Source of the DNA: Antedon mediterranea
Lineage: Eukaryota; Animalia; Echinodermata
Length of the DNA stretch: 64,000 bases
Reading direction: 5' to 3'
Assembly: GCF_964355755.1 (NCBI RefSeq)
Contig: NC_092679.1
Location: 1,332,201-1,396,200, forward strand
The position numbers were made by a program, and so were the translations under genes. Each line of letters begins with the position of its first letter. The first letter of the stretch is position 1. Positions 13,136-25,420 of this stretch are shown here, in pieces. The notes beneath the pieces were generated by a model, which saw only the letters and a list, made by a program, of their open reading frames with translations, ran no database searches and was not told the origin of the DNA.

Positions 13136-13436
13136 TGTACCATTACACTCATAAACATTCGTTTTGCGTTGTTGCATGCGTCGTCCTAGAGGGGGAACCA
13201 AGTATATACGGGTCGTGTGCGCGCGTGTCTAGTGAAACGAGTGCCCTGGTGGTGGTACTATTGCACTTAATAAGTAACCGTTGTTTTCATAAATTAAAAG
13301 ATATTATAATTATGGAAACATGACAACATAACAACTGGGCATCAAGACATTGTAAAATTGAACGGCGGAATAAATAATTTCTATATATAATTTATTATTA
13401 AAAGTATTACATCAAAATTTAAAATTTAAAACAACT

Positions 13437-14237
13437 TTAAAAATCGTCTTCGTCGGCGATAGAATCTTGCAAGGGTCGTTTCGTTCCGATTGCCGGTAAC
13501 GGTTCCTTTAACGGAAAACGTTTAAGCCTAATTTCTTTGGCGTAGTCGACTTTTGATATGTAGTTGTATTGCGGCGGTGGATGTAGACGTAATCTACGTG
13601 TTCGTTTTAAAAGCAGTTGTCCTCGCATCACAGCTAGCTCGTTCAAGTCAGGTGTTTTGTTACGTAACTCGATGTCTTGGAGGCGGATGACACTGTCATT
13701 ATGAGGAATAATACCCTGCCTTCTAAAATGATAAAAACATATCAACACCGTACACAGGTAACATTAACAATACAAAACAAAAGTGGGACGGTAACCAATA
13801 TATTCTACAGCATAAAAACCAGTACAAATTCAACAAGTAAAGTACCTGAAAACAAAATTAGGCCTATGCCTAAGTATTATTACTTACTGAATAGCGTGTG
13901 CTTCCTTATACTTCCCACCGAATAATCTGCTGAAATGTGCTGCGGCGTTTATAGGCCGAATTATTCGATTTGGAATGTTCAATCGTTCTAAATTCATGTC
14001 TCCAATTTCTTCTAGACCTAGTTCGGAATTATTCCACCGGCCGCCGCCACCACCGGCGTCGTCGTCGGCTATCTCGATATTCTTTCGTCGTAGTTTTCTT
14101 CGGCGGCGAGGCCGAGATTTTCTGTCTTGTTCAAAGATATTTATTTGACTTTTTTGGTTTTCTTGGTATTTGTTTAGTCTTTTATCACGTAGGTCATCTT
14201 TACTTTTTGTTTCATCTAAATATTCATCGATATCCAT
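13437..14237 (-). CDS. Uncharacterised two-exon basic protein (about 210 aa)
   Basis: Exon of about 14237-13888 ends CA|gtaagt and joins in frame to an exon of about 13722-13437 (ag|A AGG CAG). It has an NLS-like RPRRRRKLRRK and a C-terminal EPLPAIG. Confidence 0.65.
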
Positions 14238-15909
14238 TCTTATTCCTTAACGAATGAGTACCTGACTATAAAATCGTGTGATTCTAGAGACTGTTTCTAA
14301 ACTATTAGTATTATAATAATATTATTTGCCATCGCGTTTTGTTGCTAAGTAGAACCATGGTGATAAAAAGTATGCGTGCAGAATATGCGCGCGTGAATTT
14401 TCTACCAATCACAGCAAAGCATTTCATTTGTTTGGAGATTAATACACCTTTTACAATTGTACTATTATATATATACAGTAATTGGATACAAGTGTAATTA
14501 TAATCTGAAATATAGGTGTGAAACATTTTTTATGTATATAATAATGTAAATATAAACTCAAATCCCTTGCCAGTCGATCGATCGGCATTATTCATAGCCT
14601 AGATTTAGTGGAGTGTGATTGTTAAGCGTAAAATGTCACCTAGGTGATAAGGACGCTGGATAAACTCGGCTAAATCTCTGGAGAACATTCCTAATCAATA
14701 AGTTTATATATCAACATTCACAAGTGAACAAAGTAAGCTTATTTGAATTAAACAAAGAACATGCACCGAACTTCTGATTTTACTCTCTCTCTCTCCCCCT
14801 CCTTCTCCTGCACCATTGAAGAAAATAAAGTCTATCATCATATTAAACTCATGACCATGAAAGCAAACCTCTAGGGCTAAAGAAGATGTTATTTTTTATT
14901 TACTAATTTTACTGATTGTCAGTAGATATAAACAAAAGTAATTTCAAATTCATCCTACCAAACGAATAATATCAATACGACGAATAATATAATTTCATTT
15001 AAATAAAAAGAATAGTTTTTTTGTCTCGTAATTCCCGTTTAAAAAAAAACCCAAACAATATATTACTATAAGACTTGTTATAGAAAGGCATGATGCAGAA
15101 TAAATTCAATAAAATTACTTGGTTTTAATTAAACAACACGGTCATTATTATCGGAAAGTAGTGTTGTCGTAGAAACAGGACGCGTTTAATTTAACATGTT
15201 GGTATGTTGACACGCGATGAGAGACGTTGAGGTGTTGTTATGCACGCGCTTCATTGACCAATAAACGCGCTTTAAGTGGAGAAGTCTTCTCTTAATTGTC
15301 AGGTGACGAAGATTATATTATATTATTTCTATGATATTATCGAAATTAAGTTATAGATATCATTAATTATAAATATATGAATTAACATACTGTATCAATT
15401 ACCTTAGCTTTAATTACACCACTCTTCTTACATATTAATGTATCGATATAAATCGAGAATGACAAAATTAATTCAAAGACTATAAAAAGGCTTGTTTATT
15501 ATATTTTAGTGTTTTTTAAATAAATTTGGCAAAAACTAAAAAAAAAGGGTTCCCCCACCCCCCACGAAATGAAACGTATACGGAAGTAGTCACTATTTCC
15601 TGGGATATACCAACGTGAAAATTTGTCTAAAAAAGTCAAATTGAATACCGCAGGTTTTCTTGTCATGATTCCAGACCTCAATTTAAATGACTGATTGTCG
15701 TCGTCGCCGCCTACCGTATGTCGCACAGATAGAATTGATTTACTCTTATAGTGAGAGTACTTTTGTATATGGTGGTCTAAATCAAGAATTTTAAATCGTA
15801 GAATCGAGCGCACGATTTATGTAAATGTGCGCGCGCACATTGCGTTTATCATACGTTCTCTGCAACGATATTTGAAAAAGGTTTGACGCTAGTTTCTGGT
15901 TAGTGCACT

Positions 15910-16977
15910 TTATGAACGAATAAAATCAGAAATGACTGAAGAAGTTGGTGTAACAGAATTGCTGTTGGTGGCATCCGATTGTGTTTTATCTAATGGCGGT
16001 AAATGATAAACTTTGTATGGTTCTCGCAACCCGCCGGCAGACGACTCCGCCGTCTGACTACGACGAAGATTCGGCGACGATTTATTCCATATATTCCTGT
16101 ATAGTCCCGCATCGCATTCCACCAACGCAATTCCTTGTACACCCATTGTCTGCGTGTCTATAATAGGTAATGGATGATCTATATCAACCGCTACGTCATA
16201 GGGTGATTTTGGCACGCGCGCGTCGTAACTTGAGCGTGACCTTACAACGGAGGAAGAAGAAGTAGTGTCAACCGTTGTATCGTGTGACGTAATTTTTATT
16301 TCAGATGCTTCACCACCAATAAAAGTTTTTCCTTTGAGAGAAGATTTTTTGATAGGTTTTAATTTAGTCTTTGAATCGTATGAGTATGATTTTACACGTC
16401 GTCTTGTGTAAGTCGAATGTAATTGAGTTGTACTTGAATGATTGCTTAGTTGTCTGCCTTCTGGCGATAAAGGAGAGATAAACACGTTATCGTCGTCGAA
16501 GTCCTCCAAATCGGGTGTTACACTCCTGGTGCTTGCATTGGAAATAGCGTCAACTTCGTTAATCCGACTCATTTCGGTTGTATTAGCTCTTCTTCTAAAT
16601 TGCTTGTTCTCATAATCGTATTCCTCCTGTTCTGCGATCTTTAGTTGATGAGGCCTACGACATCCGTAACTAGACATTGGTCGTGAAGATGACGGTTTAC
16701 CAGATTGAGTGGTGTTGTTATCCACGATTTCTTGTTGGGACTTCCTAGCGACAGAGGCTGTTTTTGGTCTCGATATAGAGTCAAGCGCAAGTCGTGGTTG
16801 AGTTGTGATCGAAGACAGAAGATACGAATCGTTATCTTCAGTATCATTTTTTGAGCTGCTACTCAAACAACGATTGAATTTCGATTGGTCTCTCAAAAAA
16901 GACATCATCTGTTCTCTTTTTGAACTTTCAAATTCATGGTCCATTCGTTTAAGAGCTCCTTTATCCTGCTGCTCCAT
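15910..16977 (-). CDS. Uncharacterised Ser/Thr/Arg-rich, largely disordered protein (355 aa, single coding exon)
   Basis: A 1068-bp stop-free frame in very AT-rich DNA, with raised GC and an aaaATGG start context. Confidence 0.75.
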   Translation of the reverse strand: MEQQDKGALKRMDHEFESSKREQMMSFLRDQSKFNRCLSSSSKNDTEDNDSYLLSSITTQPRLALDSISRPKTASVARKSQQEIVDNNTTQSGKPSSSRPMSSYGCRRPHQLKIAEQEEYDYENKQFRRRANTTEMSRINEVDAISNASTRSVTPDLEDFDDDNVFISPLSPEGRQLSNHSSTTQLHSTYTRRRVKSYSYDSKTKLKPIKKSSLKGKTFIGGEASEIKITSHDTTVDTTSSSSVVRSRSSYDARVPKSPYDVAVDIDHPLPIIDTQTMGVQGIALVECDAGLYRNIWNKSSPNLRRSQTAESSAGGLREPYKVYHLPPLDKTQSDATNSNSVTPTSSVISDFIRS

Positions 16978-18432
16978 TTTAAAATGTCGGATCTTGACGA
17001 TACAATTGGAAATATCACTTAGGCCTACATAGAGATATTACAAATGGGCCTATACAAATTCCAAAGAGGTGCAACCAGTGAGCTTTCCTCAAGTTGAAAC
17101 TTAAGCAACTACTTCAAGTGTCCACCTTGTCACTGACAATGAAAAAACACAAAATGATGTGTTCAGCTCTCGTATGATAGAAACGGTTTCGCTGACTCGC
17201 AGTACAGTAGATATAAAAAGAATTTAGTGACTATGGGAATACATCGCTGTATAGACTCTCTAGTCGTTAGCAAATTTACACACACAAATAGATCATTGAA
17301 AACATCTGTATTGTAAACACTGCACTCTGAATAGAGATGTGTTGTTCACTAATACTATATAACAATACAGACATGTTTAGACTTACGTAGGAAAACTTGC
17401 CCTTCCCGTTTTATTGCTTACTCCACCTGTTTTATATCGATTTCATGTATATACACTACCGATATTTGGGTAAGTAAAGATACGGGAAGAGCGTCACCGT
17501 ATCCATTGCCGACACACGCAACGTATTTGTTAACTTATCGATCACCAATAATATGTACATACAGCAGTCGGCATTTTAATGTCGATCACTACTCTGCGTA
17601 TCCTGCAGACACAGTTTAAAAGGTGTCGCCACAGCTCAATATATGATAATTTAATAGGCCTTCAGTTTCTTTTATGACAAAACATTTTTTTTAATATATA
17701 TAGGCCTACAAGGTAAAAAACAAAACCGACCATAAAGGTGCTCTATAACTCTGCATGATTCAGTATTTATTTTTTTTTTAACGTCAAAACTATGGCTTGC
17801 TGGTTATATTATATAAATATTGAAAATTACAGATTTGTATCTGTAATTTTCAAACAGAAATATAAAAACAATAGTGGTTTAATAATTGTAAGGGTATGTA
17901 ATGAGTAGAATGATCTGGGTTCAAATCTTGCCTTGGGTGACTTCAGTCTCATTTTTAGTGATGTCTCATCTTTACTGATTAACGCCTATACATTTAAATA
18001 CAGTAAAGCCGCCCCTCCTTGTGACACTTGTTTGGGGTCCCAACGTGTCCTAGTATATGGGGTCTACTGAAGGCCTTAGTATAAAAACAATTATGTGGTG
18101 AAAAAACTCGATATTATTTACCGGTATTAATAAAAGGTAATATTACTCCACGGTCCATACTTTAATAATCGCGTTTTATTTTGTAGCTTAATATATGGTT
18201 TGATTTTGACGTACATATATGAAATATTATTAATTAATATTTTAAGAATGCACTTTTTGCGACGATATTTTTTTGTAATGTTATATAATGGGTCTGCCAT
18301 AGATCGATCTCAAACTATTAATTAACATTGCCAAAAACATGGTTTAGAAGCGGAATGTACCGACCTACTTACAATACTGACTCCTATATTCATGGATTTC
18401 ACAAAACCCGGCGTAAAGAAAACAAAACAAAA

Positions 18433-21400
18433 ATGGCAGGTTGTTCAACAAGCGAGGGAGGAGGACACAATATTACTGATAAAAATGAGAGTGATGGCGA
18501 AATTGTTTCCATGATTGATGTCTTAAATGCAGATAATGATTTGGAGGAAGAGGCTAATGCTGTCTTGGGAGACAGCGATGATAAATGTTGTACATTTCCC
18601 CAGGTCAGAAACGGTTCAAGTTAGGCCCATCATAATGATCAATCCCTTGCCATGTGGGTTCTATTTCGCAGGGAGATGTCGATCATTTCCTCATCCATTG
18701 ATTGACACATATTCGGCCTAGCGATTTGGATTGTTTCGTTATGTGTAATCTTTTCTGTTAATGATGAAACACCAAACTAACATGTTTACAATTATAGTAG
18801 TGAAAACAACAAATACATTTTCTATTATATTTACAAATCATACTACTAGGCTAGGCCTACTACTAAACTTATTAACAAATAAAATAATACTATTACTGTC
18901 TACTACTACTAGTAACTATTAGAGTACTATTCAACTACACTGTACCTATAGACTATAGTACAGACTATTATTATATACTAGTATTGTTGTTATATATTTT
19001 CAGGGCTATCTTGGTAGACAAGCATTGTATGCTTGTGAGACGTGCTGTCCTGATGGACTTTCTGAAGCGGCCATTTGCCTGGCCTGTAGCTACGAATGTC
19101 ACGAGGGACATGATCTGTACGAGTTATACACTAAAAGGTGCATTTCACAAGATATGTTGAAATAACTTATTGTGTCATAAAGAAGGCCCTGTGTACAGTA
19201 TTGCTGTTGAATAAGTTACTCACTGTTAAATTGTATTATTCTAATGTCCGTATAAATGTTTTTTTGTTTCATTTTTTTCAGACACATCAGATGTGATTGC
19301 GGCAACACCAAATTCCAGAATCTAACCTGCAAGATTTTTCCAGTGAGTAAAAAAAAAACAACAGAAAATGCCAAAATAAACCCACAGCTAACCAATCAAA
19401 TCAACTAAATCTATTACTACACAGTACTAATACCAAGTAATTAGTACCATTTTTATTTTGTCCTTTTAGAACAAATCGGAAATAAATGACGAGAACAAGT
19501 ACAATCAAAATTACAAAGGATTGTACTGCACATGTAAGCGGCCATACCCTGACCCTGATGACGAGGTAATGCAAATTAAAATTAATGTTGTTTGTGCATT
19601 GGTTACTCAACAAACCTTTTAACTTTTATAAAATTTATTTAGACCCTCATCTTTATACAATTATGATAATAAACAGTGGATTGATTGGTTGATCAGCAAA
19701 TGAATGCATGTGCCTGAAAGATGATAAAAAAAACATCTTTTGTTCTTTCTTTGTGGAAGTGGAATATATTAAAACATGAACTTGAATTTACTTTTAATAG
19801 GTAGCAGATGAAATGATTCAGTGTGTTGTATGTGAAGACTGGTATCATGGCAGAGTAAGCAAACTACTAGTATTTTCATATCTGGCACCCAAGTGTTATA
19901 TTTACTGAAGCTCAGTCTACACTATCAAGCCATACTGCGTTGAAATACGGCCATACTGCGTTGAAACACCGGTTCTCGTCAGATCACCGAAGTTAAGCAA
20001 CGTTGGGCCCGGTTGCGTTCTGGATGGGAGACCGTCTAGAAATAGTGGCGGGTGCTGTATATACTGGAGAGTGATGGTGTAATGGTAATATCGGACTAGC
20101 ATGTGATAGGCATGGGTTCGAGGTTATCTGTACCATACTAATTGCATCCTTAGGCAAGATGCTTTACTCTCATTGCCTAATCTGGTAGGCGCTGCACTGC
20201 TGGCTGCCGTGGGTCCGTGGAGGGCCTAATCCGAATTTCCTCACTGAGGACAAAATATTAATATACAAAATATTTCCTTGATCAAACTAGTTTGACAAAA
20301 AAGTGTGATGTGCTCAAATATGGTAGTAATATGATGTCATCACATTTTTTTATCACATAAGTTTGATAGTGAAGACAGAGCTTTAGGCAGCCTAGGCTCA
20401 AGAATTAGGCTTTTACTACACTGCATATTATTTGTTACACAGATGTGAATATAGACCAAATATAATTAACCTGAAAAAAATAAACATTTCTAATCCTTTC
20501 ACTCTAAAATTACATTAAAAAAATTATAAAGTTGTAAAGAACAGAGATTTGAAAATTATTTGAACACAGGACCTCCACTTGATGTTGTTGCATTTTATTT
20601 TAGCACCTTGGTATTGGACCACCTGAGTATATGGATTATCAGGAGATGATATGCACAACATGCATGGATAAGCACAGCTTCTTATGGGCTTACACCGTTG
20701 ACAGCATTGGTGAGATATTGAAAAATATTATGTAAGAATTTTCCAAATCAAAGGATTTAACGACGCCCTATTTAACGACGCCCTATTAATTGCCATGCAA
20801 TAATTTATTTTTACTTTTTAACAGAAACTAAATGCATTGAAAACCAAGAAGATACAAAACCTGTAGAAATTGAGAATAAAAATACCGTGGAAGAAGAGAA
20901 GACCGACAACGTACAAGGGGAAGAAGCACCTCCAGCTAAAAGAAGTCGGCAAACAGATTATGATACAGTTAGTTCGGCTCAAGAAGAAAAAACTGAAAAT
21001 ACTTCCAGTGCAGCCAACGAAGCCGCTAATAAAACAACCGATGAAGCAACACAAGAAGACACAAAGGATGGTTTAAAACCTGCCAATGAAAATAAATTAG
21101 AACATTCTAACGAGGAGAGTGAATTAGGCTGTATACTAGATGAATTAATGAAAAGAAGTTTGAAACCAGCGCAACATGCTACATTCTGGCCCAGCGGCTG
21201 GAGAGCAAAGTTGTGTGCATGCCTAAAATGCAAGGTAAATCAACAAGCAGCAGGAGCAAGTTTATTAAAACAAATACAAACATTTATACTGTAGGATAGC
21301 TTCTGGACACAGCAAAGTTAAATAGGAGTTGGTCATAGTCTTAACATTTATACTGTATTTACTTTTGTTCATTTCACAGAAACGTGTCCTTTTAAGACTC

Positions 21401-22338
21401 TGTCTTCACTATCAAACTAGTTTTTGACAAAAATGCGCTTAAATATGGTGGTGATATGACATCATGTCCATATATGGGCACATGACATTTTTTTGATAGT
21501 GTAGACAGAGCTTAATAGGGTGTTACAAAGGAGGTTTCTAATACTTTAATACTAAACTAAACTTTTTCTACTACAGGAGCTGTATAAATTAAACCACCTT
21601 GAATTTCTTCCCAATTTGTCTGACACTGTGTTAGCTTATGAGGAAAGAGGCAAAGCAAAGCAGACACCAGGGGTGACACAATATGACCGTGGGATCCAAG
21701 CTCTGTCACACATGCACAGAACACAGCAGATTGAGGTCATCTCTGGTAAGGCGCCTTTCACACTTGCTAAAGCTCTGTCTACACTATCAAAGTTTATGTG
21801 ATGTGCCCATATATAGACATTACGATGTCATATCACTACCATATTTGGGCACAGCACACTTGTCAAATTAGTTTGATAGTGTAGACAGACCTTTACTAAA
21901 CTTTGCATACTGCAAACCTAGAGCGCTTAACAAGTCTGTAAAATTGAAATGTTTTAGTTAATGGGAATTTGCGCTCTTGTACAGAGGTAACAGCTTAACA
22001 TCACACCTGAAGGACAAACAAACAAGTGAATTAAGATGCAATGTTTAAACATATTTTTCTTTAAAATAAATTATTTTGCAGAATATAATGATTTGCAAAG
22101 TGAACTTAAAGATTACTTGAGAAAATTTTCAGACGAAGGAAAAGTAAGTAAAGTATTTGATTGTCATTTTGAAGTAGATTTAATAGTTGTGCAATAAACA
22201 GAGGTGATGACCATGTGTTGTAATTTCAATTTCTAATTACAGGTTGTCCAAGAAGAAGACATCAAGATATTCTTTGAGGGATTGAAGACAAGGAAGCGAC
22301 AAAGATCAGACGTCGCCGTTCAAAACTTCTGTCGCTAA
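18433..22338 (+). CDS. UBR7: E3 ubiquitin ligase UBR7 (UBR box + PHD-like finger), 10 exons
   Basis: Exons encode EEEANAVLGDSDDKCCTFPQ, GYLGRQALYACETC...ICLACSYECHEGHDLYELYTKR, RCDCGN, NKYNQNYKGLYCTCKRPYPDP, EMIQCVVCEDWYH, FWPSGWRAKLCACLKC and VVQEEDIKIFFEGL; all junctions GT-AG. Confidence 0.95.
19909..20382. mobile_element. MITE family A copy split by a SINE insertion
   Basis: Left TIR at 19909-19928; the remainder of the element and the right TIR at 20281-20382. Confidence 0.8.
19929..20280 (+). mobile_element. Composite SINE: 5S rRNA-derived head + tRNA-like segment + CORE-like domain + tail
   Basis: 5S-like sequence at 19946-20060 (tacggccatac...gatcaccgaagttaagcaac...ggatgggagaccg...gtgctgta); A/B boxes tggtgtaatgg and gggttcgagg; gcatccttaggcaagatgctttac; atcaa duplicated at both ends. 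Confidence 0.8.
21395..21512. mobile_element. MITE family A copy
   Basis: Both TIRs present; UBR7 intron. Confidence 0.8.
21771..21892. mobile_element. MITE family A copy
   Basis: Both TIRs present; UBR7 intron. Confidence 0.85.
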
Positions 22339-23369
22339 TTCAAATAATGATAGTTCTTAATTGAACATAATTGCACAAAAGCGCCACAATAAATGATTTG
22401 TAAAATATAAATATGCATTTCAATAAACTATTCAAAATGGTGCTAAAAAAGTAGAGTGAGTATTTATTTAGTTGCGTAAACGTTCGTGTCAATTAGTATT
22501 TTCTATTGACACAGTCCGATAATAATAAGTGGCCCTCCAGTGCTGGAGGCCTCTGGGTTTTTCGCAATTTTCGACATATTTTAATGCCCGTTTTTCTGCT
22601 GGGAGCCCTGGGTTTAGCCAGTGAGTGCTCATAGCCGTTACGCCACCGAGCTGTTGCAGTATTCAAATACTGTACAAAGCAGATTCTCCAGCACCCATTG
22701 CAGTCATGTGATATATCGTCATGATTACCAATTAAAAATATAACGAACAATTAATCCATAATCTGGCAGTAATGCAGCTACAAAAGTAGTACAGGTGACA
22801 AATATAGTATTTTCCGGTAACCTCATGTTTCTTGGATCGGTACATTGTTTTTTGGCCCGGTAGGAGGCCTAACAAATGCTTTAAGGCCGGTGGTGGTGTC
22901 CTCACCAACCTTTATCAGCATAATTACATCCTTTGAATGGCAGGCCTAACTACCCTTTGTTTAAACTATTTTAATTGCATGAAGTAGAACAATTTAATAC
23001 ACTTTTATAGATATTTAAGCTTTTTTTATTACTTTGAAAGTCACACTATTAGTTATTAAATATAAATTATGATTTAAAAAGCTAATAAAGTATTAATTCA
23101 TTAAGCTGCTATCGCAATCCCACCACAACTTTAGAAAGTTTACAAAAAATATGAGAAAAGATATGAGCAATAAACTTAACATTGCAAATAAAAAATTATT
23201 ATTATGAAAATGTTCCTTTAAAATCTGCATTAAAAAAAAAATTATTATGGGTTGGGCAGCGGAAGTTCACACCCGGCCTACAAGTATGTGAACTCCATCC
23301 TCTCAATATATGATGATTCAAATTATACTTGGATCACTTGTTATGGCGTATACAACACCTTAATAAAAT

Positions 23370-25194
23370 GTGTACCGCCAAACCAAAACCAGGCGTTTGT
23401 CGGCAGCAAGGGATTTCTGTAAAATGCTTCTGAATGTGTAAAACCTATATCTTGACCATTTTTAGTTTTTTAAATAATCTTACAGAAAATTTACCGTAGA
23501 TTCCAAAAATCTATGTATTTTAAAGAAATTATAAGTATAAATCAATGAAAATAACATTTTAATGAGACCCCCTGTTTCGTCTTTGGTGAAAAAATCAAGT
23601 TCTATTCTGTAATTTGTGTCTATTTCTAACCAATTTTTACCTCTTTGATTATGAGAAGACCCCTTAATGTGTGGTATTTTTAGAAAGCTCGTGAAAAAAT
23701 CTTTCCAAAGATAAAGGTTGTAGGTCATGTAAAATAATAGTATAGCCAATCAAACACATTCTTTAATAACCTTTTGGTATAAGCAAACCAGTCTTGTTGC
23801 TACGGAATCCTGAAACAGGCAATTTGATTGGCTAACAGAGTGGCTCAAGTCATTGAAGCGTTAAATATGCCTTTAACAGCTATTCAAAGTACACTGAGGA
23901 AGCGGTAAGGTTTTAACAAAACATTCTTACTGTAAAAAACATTCAATATTAATTTATACTTGCTATTTATGCATCCTAGATAATAATAAAACAACATAGA
24001 ATAGTTTAATGATTTATATAATATGAAAAGTAGAAATATTGGCTTCGCTAGCGAATCATAAACAACAAGAGGTTAGAAAGTACGAAATGACTTTCTAGCG
24101 CGACACACTCAGTTTGGTGAACACAGAAACACTTTTGATCAAAATATTAGGCCTAGCCTAGGCATAAGATAAGAGATGAACTGTATGCCAGCTTAGTACT
24201 TCAAGTTAGCCTAGTAAAACCACCTAGCATACCTTGGTCTAGGCCTAGCCCAAAAAAAAAAGATTTTTAAATGTGTTTAAAAAAGTTTAATTTAATTTTT
24301 CATTCTGTTTTCAGATCTTGATTGGTAATACTGTAATGTATACCAATAGTTTTGACAGCGGTGGTGATGCTGTTGCTACTTTCTCTTCTCAAACAACTCC
24401 AATAATGGTGATACGGTGCTTAATATAACTTTACAAAAATGACTTTGATTCTGATGATACATGACACATGTATTCTATTATGCAACGTAACCCTGAATAA
24501 AACCGTGAAATAATTGTATCGAAAAATATGTATGTATTTAAAAGACCCGGCACAAAAGATGATAATACTGTTGTAACACGCAGCCTGAAATGACCAAAAT
24601 GTTATAATTTAAAGTGTACCAATTGTAAATAAATTTAAACACATCAAACACAATCAACTGTCTGTGTATCATTAATTTTGGTTTATTTCTATGTGTTGTA
24701 TTTTTATTGTCACTTTATTAATAGTACTTATTTATAGTTATTACAAGCCTCACACATAACATAAGTTTAGTAAAAAAAAGTTTACTAACGTATGTTGTTA
24801 TTTGAAGTCTCATTTGACAATGTTAATGTTACTGGATTTCTTTGAAAATTTCAATGATTATAGAAATATGTATTAGTTACATTTGTGCTAAATTTCAAAG
24901 TCATAGGTATACTAGAAGTTAGCGTTGTCAAGGTGAACATGAGTCGCTGTCTGCCAGCACATTTAAACTTCCTGTTTGAACTATTGTTGATCTTTGAATG
25001 CATTTTTCACTGCTAAATAAAAATGAATTCTTACTTGTATTTCTTTACTTATTGTATCATAACTCTAAAAATACTTGACCAAATTGAATAATTTTTTCAG
25101 TATTTTAAAGCAAATTATGTGCTCTGTACAAATATCTTTAAAACTCAAAATGTCACATTTACGACAAATGCCTGGTTTTGATTTGGCTGTACAC
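23370..25194. mobile_element. Non-autonomous TIR DNA transposon, Sola1-like (about 1.8 kb)
   Basis: TIRs gtgtaccgccaaaccaaaaccaggcgtttgtcg / cgacaaatgcctggttttgatttggctgtacac, with a 4-bp TSD aaat on both sides (AWWT is the Sola1 target). No transposase ORF. Confidence 0.75.
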
Positions 25195-25420
25195 AAATGG
25201 TAAAATAGATTCCTAATTAATGTGCATATATAACAATTATTAACTAGTGTTCCTCCACTGTACTTTGCTAAAATTAGTTCAACGCAGAATAAGCTTCATT
25301 GGTTTTAATATCTGCATATCAATTTTGGATCTCTGTTTTTATTAATGTTTGTTGTCAGTTACGATTTTGAACACAAACATTCATTAGTGATATGTGCATG
25401 TGTACCTTAGTGCAGTTGAC

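Noticed and set aside
17870-17960. tRNA gene
   Set aside because: Only a B-box-like gggttcaaatc is present and no cloverleaf forms; at most a decayed SINE.
19946-20060. Functional 5S rRNA gene
   Set aside because: It is a solitary intronic copy with a diverged C-box region and 3' end, has no oligo-T terminator, and is fused to SINE modules.
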